DNA of 64,000 bases from Octopus vulgaris (taxonomy: Eukaryota). The stretch covers positions 12,462,001 to 12,526,000 of the forward strand of contig OX597820.1 of assembly GCA_951406725.2 (NCBI GenBank), read 5' to 3'. The position numbers were made by a program, and so were the translations under genes. Shown in pieces: positions 1 to 13,644 of this stretch; position 1 is the first letter of the stretch, and each line of letters begins with the position of its first letter. Under the pieces are notes generated by a model. The model saw only the letters and a program-made list of their open reading frames with translations. It did no database searches and had not been told where the DNA came from.

Positions 1-499
1 CCACACGATTTGAATGAAAATCGGAAAATGCGCAGATAAGAAATTTGCTCGCCGCTTCTTCGTAACGAGACCGTTCCATTTCTCAACCGTATTGTAATTT
101 GCGACGAAAAGTGTATTCTGTACAATAAATAAAAAAACGTTCTTCGCAATTGTTAGACCAAAAATGAAGCACTGGAAACCTTCCCTAAACCCGAGCTTTA
201 CAAAAAGAAGGTTATGGTGACTGTTTGGTGGTATACTGTTTGACTCATTTACTATAACTTCTTAACACCCAGAAAAATCCATTACTGCAGAAACAGATTG
301 CCATGAAATTGCCAAAATGAACGGAAGACTGGTATTCCTCCGTCCCAGACTGGTTGACAGAAGAGAGTTTATCATTCTTCATGGCAATGCTCGACCAGAC
401 GTTTCACTAATGACGCTTCAGTAGTTGAAGGAATTTGGCTACGACGACCTTCCCCACTCAGCTTATTCCCCAGAGATTTCTTCTAACGAGTATCACTTT
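1..499 (+). mobile_element. Decayed mariner transposase fragment (catalytic DDD region)
   Basis: Translation across stops and frameshifts gives PHDL...FLNRIVICDEKCILY...KKVMVTVWW...HGNARP...LPHSAYSPEISSNEYHF. These match mariner motifs WVPHEL, TxDEKW, HDNARPH and YSPDLAPSDYHLF. Confidence 0.85.
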
Positions 500-1119
500 A
501 GTATGTGACAGCTGAAGAGAAGCTGCACCTACAGACTGATCTTCATTTGCTCATAAAGGGCAGTGTAATGCCCAGTCCTGAGTTCGAACCCACAGCCTGT
601 TAACCAGTAAGCTATGTAACGTCCATTCCATCATGTCAGAAAGTGATGATGGTAATCTTTATATGTGTAATCGCCTGCCAAGATTTGTGTTCAATAATTA
701 AAGCCAGTGTGAATCTTCGTTTATTTTTCTATGACATGTACGCACCCTGTTAACTGAAGCGTGACATATATCTTAAGTTGTAATAAGATATCACAGCGTG
801 CTTTCCGTTCTCCCTCTTGCATCTTTGTTTCAATCATACCATTGCTATGCAAACACTGTTAGTATCAGTATTTCAACTGACGTACTTTATATGGTATTTC
901 TTATTTTCCATAGCATTTTTATTAAAACATTCAACCTGAAATTGCTTGCATATATGTAAAATAAACACCGAACATTTGTCTGGCATAAAGAGGAGTGTTA
1001 CGAATAGGTTTTGTGCAACAGAAATATAGATATTAACAAAGATTTATCTACTTTCTCATTTTTTGCCTGTGCTTTACTGCTTTTAAGCATTCTACATTTG
1101 GCTTTACATATATTTACAG

Positions 1120-1173
1120 ACGTTATTAAAAATGATATGTTTCGGCACAAGATTTTTTAAAGGAAAATTGGAG
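1120..1173 (+). CDS. HVCN1-like: Voltage-gated proton channel (Hv3-like), internal exon: end of S2 and S2-S3 linker
   Basis: tttacag|...|gtaagt; 54 nt, phase 0-0. Encodes TLLKMICFGTRFFKGKLE, which aligns with Hv1 xxFKLFVFRLEFFHHKFE and joins the next exon in frame. Confidence 0.85.
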
Positions 1174-2779
1174 GTAAGTTAGCCATCAGGTGGATTCCTT
1201 ACTTTTCTTTTAAATCGTATGCACATGTGTAAATCTTATATGTCTGAAAGAATGAATTGGATATTTGTTAGAGATGCCAAGGAATGTGTAAACCTGATAC
1301 AAGAAATAACATTATTTTTAGGTAACCCAAGCAGAAATACTTGCTTAAGGTAATGGGACAATTGTAAACATGTTAATAGTATAAGTTTATTCACAAATAA
1401 TGATTCAACAAACTCTAAGATATATATTCATTTGGGAGGGTGATGGAGATAAAATCCTAATGCCATAGGGTTCTTTCTGAAGCAAATATTATTACATGTT
1501 CCGTAGAGTGATGAACTGAGGCTATAAATATTAGTCAACCATCTCATTCTCGGACTGTCAGTAGGTTTCGTACTGGCTGGCTGTGTATGGAACCCTCTCT
1601 TTCAGTTCTTTAATGTGACATTCTTATCACGTGTCTGTAGTATCTGGGAGAAGTAGCGGCGCAAGAATATAACGTTAAGCCGTTATAACGTATCAAAAGT
1701 ATTTAATATGGAGTCAAATGTCAAATGGGCAATAAGGTCAAAATGAAGTTACTGAATCAAGATCTACTGAAAGCTGTATTCTAAGGGCTTTAGAAAATTT
1801 CTTGTGCTAGGGTATCTGATTGAAATGAGGTAAGCATGTGAAGCATATTTACAGACTTACTAAGAAAACAGTATTTACGAACTATTTATCAATTCCTGAA
1901 ATGTATTTATAAATAAATGCTACCTTACAGAACAGTGGAAATACTTTGAAAAAAAACGCTCCAATGAAAAGGGTTTACGATGAATGTTTTGGGTTAGAGA
2001 GGTGAATATCGTGGAAATATCAAACAGGTGAAAAAAATTGTTGATTCCATTAAAGAAATTTAATCGAATCTTCGAAGCAAAATAGTGGCAGAAACAGTAA
2101 GAACAGAAGCTTGACGTATAAAAAGGAAAAGAAAAGTTAAGATCAGATATCTAACAACTTACTTAAGATGTCATAAATGATGAAGATCTTTGGAAAATAT
2201 ATAAAAGTTTCAAGAAGTTTAAAAATGCAAGAGAAAATAAAATATAAATTAAGGATGATCGACATAATGTCATAAAAGGTAAAATGTTACCTGGAAAGTA
2301 CAATCATATAACAGTGTGAGAAAGGAGAGAATTAGGAAGAGAAAGAAAAGGTGAAAAAGAAATTGAAGAACATGTATTTAATAAAAGTTGTGAAATATAC
2401 ATAGATTAGAATAAAATACAGAAGGGAAAGATGAAATAAAAAATATAGCGTGTCAATGTTGAGGATGGGAAAAAAAGCGAAAATAAAACAAAGAGAAAGA
2501 ACAGGAGAAAAACTTTGAGAGAAATATAATGCAACAAAGATGTGATCAGCAACTTAATTTCTTCGTAAGCCATGCTTATCAAAAGAATGTTTGTAATTGC
2601 AGAGAGAATACCAATGCGTTTTCCGTAAACATTTCTATATGTTCCTCTATGCACTGTTATATTTTGTAAAGGGGCATAAAAAAATTAAACAAGAGCTGAA
2701 TATTAAGGAACTCTGGATGAACAGGAAAACATACTTACACACACACTTATTCACTAACACTAACATATAGATACATGAA

Positions 2780-2935
2780 TAGAGAGAGCGAGAGAAAGGG
2801 GAAATAAGCGAGAGAGATGAGAGAGAAACATTTGAGAGAGAGCGAGAAAGAAACAGAGAGAGGTGGAGATAAGCGAGAGAGAGAGAGAGAGATGAGAGAG
2901 AGACATTTGAGAGAGAGCGAGAGAGAGAGAGAGAA
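2780..2935. repeat. Degenerate (GA)n microsatellite
   Basis: Interrupted gagaga runs seen directly. Confidence 0.9.
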
Positions 2936-3046
2936 ATAATGTAATATATTAATTTGTGTGTATATAATCATTCTTAAAACGAAACAACCAGTTTTTCTTC
3001 ATATCTAAAATATTATTATGTATTTTTTTTTTCATATTTTCCGCAG

Positions 3047-3185
3047 GTATTTGATGCCGCTATCCTGATAGTTTCCTTCATTGTAGATCTTATATTCGTA
3101 AATGGCCTTCCAAGATATAAGATAGAGGAGTTTGTCTTCATTCTAGCCTTCCTGTTACCCTGGAGAGTTATTCGTGTAGTGAACA
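3047..3185 (+). CDS. HVCN1-like: Voltage-gated proton channel (Hv3-like), S3-S4 exon
   Basis: ttttccgcag|...|gtaagt; 139 nt, phase 0-1. Encodes VFDAAILIVSFIVDLIFVNGLPRYKIEEFVFILAFLLPWRVIRVVN, with Hv S3 (DAxxxxVSFxxD) and S4 WRxxRxxN. Confidence 0.92.
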
Positions 3186-3441
3186 GTAAGTTTATCTTTT
3201 ATTTTATTTATTAATCTGTAGTTTATAGAGGCAAACGGAGTATTAAATGATATGGAATACATTCTTCAAACTTATTTCCTAAATCTTTTACAAATACCAG
3301 AAACAAGGTTTCGATACATAAAAAAAAAAGCGTACGAATGCATGATCTTAAAGACGAGAACCCATATATGATTATTTCCATGTATAGCTTCACAAAATGA
3401 GGAAAATAATACAATGAATGCATTTTCTTTTAATTTTTCAG

Positions 3442-3557
3442 GTCTTGTAGTAGCTGTCAAAGATCACGAACACTTTCGCCTCAAACTAGTGTACAGTCGT
3501 AAAAAGAAAATTTTAGCCGTATTAAAACAAAAAGAATTAAAATTAGATTTATTCCAA
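3442..3557 (+). CDS. HVCN1-like: Voltage-gated proton channel (Hv3-like), S4 end and start of coiled coil
   Basis: tttttcag|...|gtaagt; 116 nt, phase 1-0. Encodes (S)[38 protein letters not shown], in frame with both flanking exons; compare Hv1 GIIISVK. Confidence 0.9.
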
Positions 3558-3606
3558 GTAAGTTCACAAACGTTAACTTCTTTTAAACTGCGTTCACCCT
3601 GTATTT

Positions 3607-3657
<51 letters not shown>

Positions 3658-3727
3658 CATATATCTATATATGTAGGTATGAATATATATATATATACAT
3701 ACATATATCTATATATGTAGGTATGAA

Positions 3728-3784
<57 letters not shown>

Positions 3785-4345
3785 GGGGTTATATAAAGTC
3801 GTTAGTCCGAATTGAATGTTTGTTATCTAATCAATGAAGTTTTGTCTCTGTCTTAATTTCACTTGAACACTTCTCTTTTGCAGTCCTATATACCTTTATG
3901 TATCATACATACACACATATATATATATATGTGTATATCTATATATAAATGTGTGTGAGGGAGTATATAGGTGTGTGTGTACGTGTGCGTATCTGTTTGT
4001 TTGTGTGCTTGCATGTGTGAGTTAAATAGAGGTAGCACATATAACGAATTGGTTAAGTGGTTGAAACGTTTGAGAAAATATTGAAGACGTGACAGACTAT
4101 ATACTTGTACGCGATGCCACTGTCAAAATTTCATTGCATAAGACTACCTTAGTGTATTGGGAGACTAGAGATAACTTCAATGAATTTATTTGGATAACAA
4201 GTTGGTAACAAGTCAGGAAATTGTGAGGAAGAGAAATCCTCTTAATGTTGTGGTACTTCTGCAATTTTTTGAAATGCAAGCTAATACAACTGAATTATTT
4301 TACCAACCACAGAATTGGCTATGAACCAGAATAGGTTTTTGGTAA

Positions 4346-4386
<41 letters not shown>

Positions 4387-6943
4387 TATTTAGCATCCGT
4401 GTGTATCATCTAGAGACGAGAGAGAAAAATGAGATTGTAGAAAATTTGAAAGAATTAAAGAGAACACTACACTGCACCAAACACATTACACTGTACCTAA
4501 TGCATCTAAATAAACGAAGAGTGTGCTGACAAGGCGCCAACTCCATGTAATTAATAAAATTAGGTGTGAACGAAAGTAAAAAGTTCGAAATTCTTGAGAT
4601 TATAACTGTAAAGTAAATTACATAGGGTTTCATTCTTTTTCTATGGAACTGTATGCAATATGCTAGTTGCCCTATTGCTTAAAGACTTTTCTGCTAAGGT
4701 CATATTTTTCGCAGCGAAATATCTTATTGTTCTTAGGTACGCATGATCATTCTTGCCATTTATATTCGTCTGCTTCTTTATCTGAATTTTCGAACGCTCG
4801 TATGTTATAAAAATATAAATTGTACCAACAAAAAGTGCATTTGAAATCAAAACCATAATAGAGGCAATAGCTGATGAATTTCTTTATTTTCTTCTATTTT
4901 TATTTGATTACGCCATTTTGTTTAATATGTCCATCTGGTAAAAGCATCTTATACTCAGATGGACATATTTTATACACGTTTCTAGTAATTATTCGTATTT
5001 TTGTAGGATTTTAGTCGGAATTTCATACTTTTAGTTTCTGTTACTGTTGCTTTTAGACAACTGTTAGATAATCTTTTCACCGAAAACAAAGCTAATATTT
5101 TCTGTAATTGGTCATTTTACAATTACGTTTGATAATTTATAACATTTAGTGAATTTATTCAAAGAACCGCCAGAACAAGTGCTATTCAAGTATATTCTGA
5201 TATATAATATACGTAAACTTGTTATCATAATTAGGAATTTTTAATGAACGCGAAAAAAAACAAAACAACAGGAATCTCGAAAGAATTTTGATATTTACTG
5301 AAATATTGGCTGGGTTACATTAATATGAACAATTATCATGTTTATTGCCTAGGTTCGACTATCAAAACAATAACTTCTTATACAATGATTCTCTGATCTC
5401 ACATAATCTTGATAGGTATGTTGGAAATATATGAAAATGACAACATAAATCAATGAACTGGATTCTAAACCTTTTAACGTAATAATATACAGTTAAGACC
5501 ATGTATGTAGGAGTTCCCTTCGCAAAAAGTAGTATGGAAATTTATTTCCACTGCCTAGCCCTTTAGTGTAACTGGGGAATTTACTATGACCTGTGGGTCG
5601 ACCTAAGCCTTGAAAATGAAATCAGTGAAGCCGGAAGTCAACAGAACGCCCTTGGATAGAATGCATCATTTCATGGTTGGCAGATGTTACATCCCCCCTC
5701 CTTTTCTTCATATCCATCCAAGAACTGGCATTTGCATTCTTGGATTTAGGAATACCTTTTCTCTTCTCAAAATCTATAAAATATTTACAAAAATACAATA
5801 ATCCAGATGCGTACTGTGCACATATTCAGCATCAAGATCCTTTACAGAGCTTCATGCTGTTTCGGTGTATTATTCTGTTCACTTTATTTCTATGTGCACC
5901 CAAGAAAACAACATTTGGAAGCCGTAATACAGAAACAGTAGCCAAGATGACTTGAAATGTTAAGGTTAGCAAACATTCCGTTCCACATTTACACAGAGCA
6001 ACAATTCTAAAATGACATATAATCATGTATACAAACCGCATCTAGTGATACACTTTTTGTATTCTTCATAAATTATGTGTGAGATATTCAGGTCTTGTTT
6101 CCTATTATGTGTACTTTACAAAGCATGAATATATTGAGTTCAACAGGCACCAAGCATTCAAACGTGGCATTTGAATTACTGTATCAGCTTTAAACACAAA
6201 CGTTAACTCATTGATATTTGCTTGACTGTATATAACAACGTTGCTTACAATGATACTATACTGAATCACTTAAAACCCAGAATCACTTAAAATCCATTAT
6301 TTAAAGCTAAATAAAAAATAACTTCACATGTAAAAATTAGCATTATATAAAATGAATTGATAGCTGTCATCGCATATGCATGATACGTTGCTTATTCTAA
6401 TCGATAGTAGCAAATATCACAATGCACACTTTACAGAGGCGGGGAAACTTTCTAGTGAAGCGGGCAAAAAATTCCAACGAAAACACTGTGTTAATCGTGT
6501 ATATATATCTATGTATAATACGATATACATTAAAAGTGATAAATTTAAGATATTAAATTAACGCGTAACATCTTCATTAACGCCACCACTGAATTCATGT
6601 CGTTCATATTACTTATGAGGTATTCTATATTTTTCAGCTAGAGTGTAGTTGGGTCCCAAGAAGGGGGTAAAAACCTAGCAATATGTGTTTTGTAGTGAAC
6701 ACAAAATTTCCATTCAAATGGCAATTACCGGACAATTTTTTCTATTCGAGTTTAACCGTCTTAAATCGTAGTGGAAACGCGACTGATGCCGCAAATAGGC
6801 ATACAAATATTGTATAAATTTTATAGTTGAAAATTTACTATATTTTGTACATACGAATATACCAACCTTCAGGCGCAATAAAATCAGCAGGGGGGGTTCA
6901 TACCCTTGATGTAGAGCAATGATACACACACACACACACACAG

Positions 6944-6991
<48 letters not shown>

Positions 6992-7667
6992 ATGTACAGA
7001 ATCCGGCAAAAAATAATTCATTTTAATTATGAAACTTGTTAACACATTCAACAAAAGCTGAACATCACGCGATGCTTTTTCAGATATTTATAAATTCAGT
7101 AGCCACACTTATTAAAATGTGTCCGTAATTGACAATGCTCATATTAACAGATATTTTTTTTTTTAATGACATATTCTTTTGTGAAAGAAAATATTTTGCT
7201 AACGAGATGTGAAGTAAATCAATAAATCAAATGATTTTGAAAAAGCAAACATTGTATATATTCATAACATTATGTTTATAAACATGCCGGTAAATGTTGT
7301 CTAAGCTAATGATGAAGAAAAATGCTTCTAATGTTGAAAAGAAAGAAGTGTAATTCTCTTCTCTTTTCATTGGTCTTCCATAAAGATTCCAGGAGCAAAA
7401 TACAAAATTTATAATTTAGTTTTGGTAGTTATATGACATGACTGTTTGACATTGTAATATAACTTCTTAAAAACGATAATCAGTGTAGTCTGATTACGAC
7501 TTCATGATAAGTTGCCTCTGGTATTCTTTTACTGAATAACCATTGACTAAAAGCACACGTAACCATGAACAAACTGTTTGTGATATATATTGAATGGATC
7601 ATACATAAATATTTTCTCAGAAACAAAGAATTTAATAATTATTTTCTCTTTTGTTTTATAATTTTAG

Positions 7668-7758
7668 ACTCAAATTGATAGTTTACGAAAATTATGTGTA
7701 TCACATGGAATAACTGACAGTCAAATTAACCAGTGCCTCTATCAAGAAGAACCTAAAG
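7668..7758 (+). CDS. HVCN1-like: Voltage-gated proton channel (Hv3-like), C-terminal coiled-coil exon
   Basis: attttag|...|gtaagt; 91 nt, phase 0-1. Encodes TQIDSLRKLCVSHGITDSQINQCLYQEEPK, resembling Hv1 EIERLNKLLRQHGL. Confidence 0.85.
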
Positions 7759-7959
7759 GTAAGTGCCTAACAGAGTACCAAATCTTTTTTTCTTTCTTTT
7801 TTTCTTTCTTTTTCTTCTTGCTTTTCTTATTATTATTAATATTTTATTTTATGATTTTGTTGTTTACAGTTATGCTTGTGGATGTTTATCTGTTGTTTAA
7901 ATTATTTATTGAAATTAGTCATTACTCCCTTAGCATCTTCTCTTATTCCTGCTGCTCAG

Positions 7960-8007
7960 AATATGGGAATATAATTTGCGCAGTGGTCAGCCGGCGAAGG
8001 TTATCGG
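7960..8007 (+). CDS. Candidate small phase 1-1 exon of the Hv gene tail
   Basis: gctcag|...|gtaagt; 48 nt, open in frame (EYGNIICAVVSRRRLS). An alternative acceptor at 7933 would instead give ASSLIPAAQNMGI*. No homology support. Confidence 0.35.
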
Positions 8008-10699
8008 GTAAGTAACTGAAATGTTTAAGTAATTAGGCTGTGAGTAGTCAATGAATTACTTAAATATTTGACCAATACTTCCACGTGGTACAACAAAATC
8101 AGGCAAACAGAATTAAAACAACAACAACAACAATATAGCAATACTAGTGTCAATGATATTATGAGTAACGATAATAATATTAATATTAATTGTTATAATA
8201 TTCAATATTATTATCATTATGATTATTACCATAATAATCCTGCATTATTATGATTATAATAGCATGTTCTTGTGGCTATATTAGGCTTCTTTGTTATTTT
8301 GAAAAAATTATGAAAATACCAAAATAATTGGCCGGAAAAAGACAGAATTAATAATATTGACGACTTTTGTAATCATTAGGTAACGTGACATGATTTTGAT
8401 AGAATTATTACTTACAAAGAAGGGTAACTATAGCATTTATCTTGTAGAAAAATATAATTTACCAATATAAAAGATTACCAAAATACATAGGTTATAAGAT
8501 GTATCAGAAACCTCTTTAGCATTGAAAAAAAATTTATTCCTTCAGCAGTAAACCTACAGATAAGGTCTGTTCACTTGAGATAGATAACAGCCGAACGGAC
8601 TTTTTAGATGCGTCATGTCATTTCCGTTGCAAGACAGAAAATGTTAAGTTTTGTAAATTCATTCAAAAATTCAACAGAGAAGTTTATAACAAATGTGAAT
8701 TTTTACCATTTTCTCTTATCGTTTTTGTTGCAGGTAGTTTTTAAATATATTTGGTCAAGGCCTTCTATTCTATTTTCCTTTTTTTTTTTCCTTCCCCTAC
8801 CGAACAGTGTGATAAATTCATATGGTATATAACCCTCTACATTGCTAAGATCTCCAAAAACAGGATCTTAAACATGGACATACACGTTTAAATAGAATGT
8901 TTGCCAATTTCAAACCCCAGTTCATCTGAACTATGTTAATTCACATATTTGGCTAAAATTTGATTGTAAACAAAGAGATATGCAAAATAAACATAGTTAT
9001 GATATAAAGAAGAGCGACATATCCAATTAAAGCACTAGACATTACAGTTTTATGTCAGCGTTATCGTTCAAGATTTTAGCTTGTGTTTAGTTCTCCCTAG
9101 AGTGAAGAAAACTTTTACAGATATGAAGTCATATGGCTGGAATAAACTATTTTTAAATCAACTGATTCCCAAATTTTCTTCCATTGAGGCGCGCAAGTAT
9201 AAAACCACGATATCATCTCAACTCAATACAATCTTGCATTTTGTATCTTGCATTTTGTATACTATAGGCATAGCTGACATTTACATTCATACCTTCACGT
9301 TCTTACATAGATTCATAAATGCAGACATATTTATATAACACATTGGGTGAGAATAGACGGATTTTGAGGATAGGAGAGTATTCGTTTAATATACAATAAA
9401 TGTTATCTTACCATAATGACACTACTATCTGCCTTGCTAAATAATTGATTATTCTTCTGATTATTTGCATTAAAGAGTACGTTTATCCACAATTGTTATC
9501 ATACTCAACTCACTCAAACGTGAGTCTCCCATGCAGGAATCAAATAAAAGCACCATGAGAATCGTTAATGACTGATATTGCTGGGGTAGTAGATTAGGGT
9601 AATATTTTCTTGAAAAATGACGAGGTTAATTTTATTCTGGAAAAGTTAAATACTGTCAAAATAACACCATACGGATCTTCTGCTAGATCGGATATGATTT
9701 CACTTGTATCACAGCCCCTACTGCTCCTATCAAGTTTATAATTCAAGCAGACGGCTCTGATGCCACTTTGCCAGCTTGTACCCAGACTGATTATCTATAA
9801 GATGATGTCAGCAAATTCAGCAAGAACAGCGTTCATAAAAATATACAAATATCCGAGAAGAAATATAAACGATTGGAATATATTCTAAGAGAAATCTTTG
9901 AAGAGAAGATTATTTCATTCTTAAAATATCTCTTCAGAAAATACCATGTTTAATTAAGATAATTAAAAGTCTCCAAAGCATCTGACTCAATACTGTTTAA
10001 TGAAATCAGCAGCAAAGACATTTCAGCTTCGCAGGTGAACTCTTAATTATAGGCTCTTTTAACTGAACTGCTGCAAAGAAGCGTATTCGACATATTGAAG
10101 AACTGGACAAAAAACAATAGTGTAAAACAAAAATTACCATCATGTTAGTTGAAATTTGGAAAAAAGGGGAATTGTAGGTCTTATAACTTACGGACAGAAA
10201 AATAATTGCACCCCCCCAAGAACAAAGAATAAAAAGCAAACTAGAAACGTGTCTGGAGACAGTAAGCAGACAACACTCGAGTGCAAAGTAACTCCTCTCA
10301 CACAGGGAGGTAAAATCTGTCAGCGAAATCTCCGCCTCGGTAGAGAGTAGCTGAAAGAAAGATAATTATGAAATTTAATGGAAACCAAACAACAGTTTGC
10401 GGCGATATGGGAGGATTTACCGCAGAGAGGCATCGTATCAGAAACGGGATAAAAAGGTGGAGTTAGACAAAGGAGCTTAATCACGTTGAAGAATGTTTAG
10501 AAAATTAATCCGAAAGAATTGTTGTTCCTCTATCAAACTAAAAGCGTACAGAATCAATGTCGAACCTTTGAGAGTGTAATTTAAAAACATTAGGATAGGA
10601 AAGCAAGGAGAACGGTACAAAAGGACTGACAAAAGGCAGCGGTACAAAAGGACTGACATCCTGCCAGAGATATCTTCATGATCTTTAGCCATAAGCTCT

Positions 10700-11210
10700 T
10701 AATAGATATATAAGTAAACACACCAAACCGATTGGCAGTAACAGGAACAATATAGATATCCAAAACAATACCACTTACAAGGCGAAAAACCTACCGGTCA
10801 ATTACATTCCTGAATCTTATACATAAAAATGTGGACGGAATGCCTGGACCCATTCTGCCATGATCATTGAGATGATATTATAGCTGAATAAACATATTGT
10901 TGATATGCTGGATACCTTTTGGTTAAGATGGATGTGATATCAGGTGTGCGATGGCATAGAACGAAATAGTTCATGCTAGCTGGCTTACAGGAAATATTTG
11001 ATTCTGTTTCTCGCTTGCGGATACTAGAATATGCTCCATTTAAAAAACAAAGTTCCAGCTAGTAACAACACCACGAAAAAACCTGACTTGCTCCTGAACC
11101 ACAATTCTAAAGCTGGTTACTTCTATTGTCACTGAAAAGGGCTAGAAAACTATAGAGGTATATATCAGGAGGGTAATCTCTCTGCAATGCTGTATATACA
11201 TTCTGTAAAA
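10700..11210 (+). mobile_element. Decayed R4/Dong-like LINE reverse transcriptase fragment
   Basis: Frameshifted remnants of NYRPITxL (YRSITFLN), FDSV and RGIYQEGNLS (compare RGIFQGDSLSP). Confidence 0.6.
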
Positions 11211-11617
11211 ACAGCACATTTGTATTGATAAGAAATTATAAACATAAGGCAGAAAAACACCCCCACATGCAGACCCCCTCCATAATCACCCACATTAATA
11301 CTCATGCACACACTTACATGAAAGTTTAAAGTGCTTGACCGGACACATTAACTATGTATGCGATACAGTTTCAGATACATAATTTAAGAGTCAAATGAAT
11401 CCCAGTTGGAAAATTCCACGCCTTAATTACATTAATTATGCACCGTTTTATAAATTAAATGCAATATCCCATTTTCCTTTCCCTAATTTGTTGGAATAAC
11501 CTTTCTTTAATACAATATGTATTATTCATATTTTATTTAATACTTTTAAAATAATACCTTTGATTTTTGACTAATTGGTTTATGTCAAAATTTATTTTTT
11601 ATTAAACCTTTACTTAG

Positions 11618-11653
11618 AAAGTCAACCAGTTCACAATTCAGCATCGATAACGG
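11618..11653 (+). CDS. Candidate 36-nt microexon of the Hv gene tail
   Basis: cctttacttag|...|gtaaaa; open in phase 1 (ESQPVHNSASIT). Splice-signal evidence only. Confidence 0.25.
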
Positions 11654-11831
11654 GTAAAATACAACAAAACTAAGCATAGCAGCATTGGTTTTCGATAATA
11701 AGATTACCATGTGTCAGATTAAAGTATTCATTTAATTTACATCGTGTCTGACATTTGATGGATTTTGCATTTGTCAGCTTTTAATTCTCCATCGAAGCAA
11801 AGCGAAAGAGAAACCAATTTTTAATCCAACT

Positions 11832-12560
<729 letters not shown>

Positions 12561-12641
12561 GAGTAAATGTAAGGACAGGCAAGTTAAGCAAGTCGATGAA
12601 CAAAAAAATATCATGTACATTTAATACAGAAGAATGTACCA

Positions 12642-12952
12642 CTTACACAGAATGGAAATGATGTCAGGAATTAAGGGGGTTGAGTAGGAATTTTATGAGT
12701 CCAATAGCTGTTTCTGGGGGTTCGGTTGTCCAAAGTACTGCTTGGTCCAAACTATTATGTATAATCTTAATTCTATCAACACCGCAATTGTAAAATTCTT
12801 TCCTGAAGGCGACGGCTAATGGTATCCGATGATGGAATCATGTTACAACAAAATATTTTGGACCACCAAGCCCCCAGAAAGAGCTGCTGGACTCGTAGAA
12901 ATTCTACTCAACTCCCTTTAAATCCTGATATCACTTTCATTCTGTGTAAGTC
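12642..12952. mobile_element. MITE-like element with ~100-bp imperfect terminal inverted repeats
   Basis: acttacacagaatg...ctgggggttcggttgtccaaa is mirrored by tttggaccaccaagcccccag...cattctgtgtaagt. Confidence 0.7.
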
Positions 12953-13129
12953 GAAATTTTTTCATATGAATACATATGTACATTTTTGGTATTAAATGTA
13001 TTTAATATATTTTGTATATTTACTTGCCTAGCTTACTTCTCTCAACGTTTAGTCCTCTACCGGCTCAGGTTCAATTCTCTTGAGCACTACGAAGCGTATT
13101 CTATACAGAGAACACCTGTCTCTAATCTT

Positions 13130-13212
<83 letters not shown>

Positions 13213-13213
13213 C

Positions 13214-13482
<269 letters not shown>

Positions 13483-13572
13483 TATATATAAATATTTTAA
13501 TCTTCGGATTCTTTTTTAATATGCTAGACCACTGGTCTTAATTGATAAATATCAATTTCTACCCTTAATTAA

Positions 13573-13644
<72 letters not shown>

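Noticed and set aside
3414-3815. 133-aa ORF as a standalone gene
   Set aside because: Only 3442-3557 is exonic (Hv); the rest is intron and microsatellite read-through.
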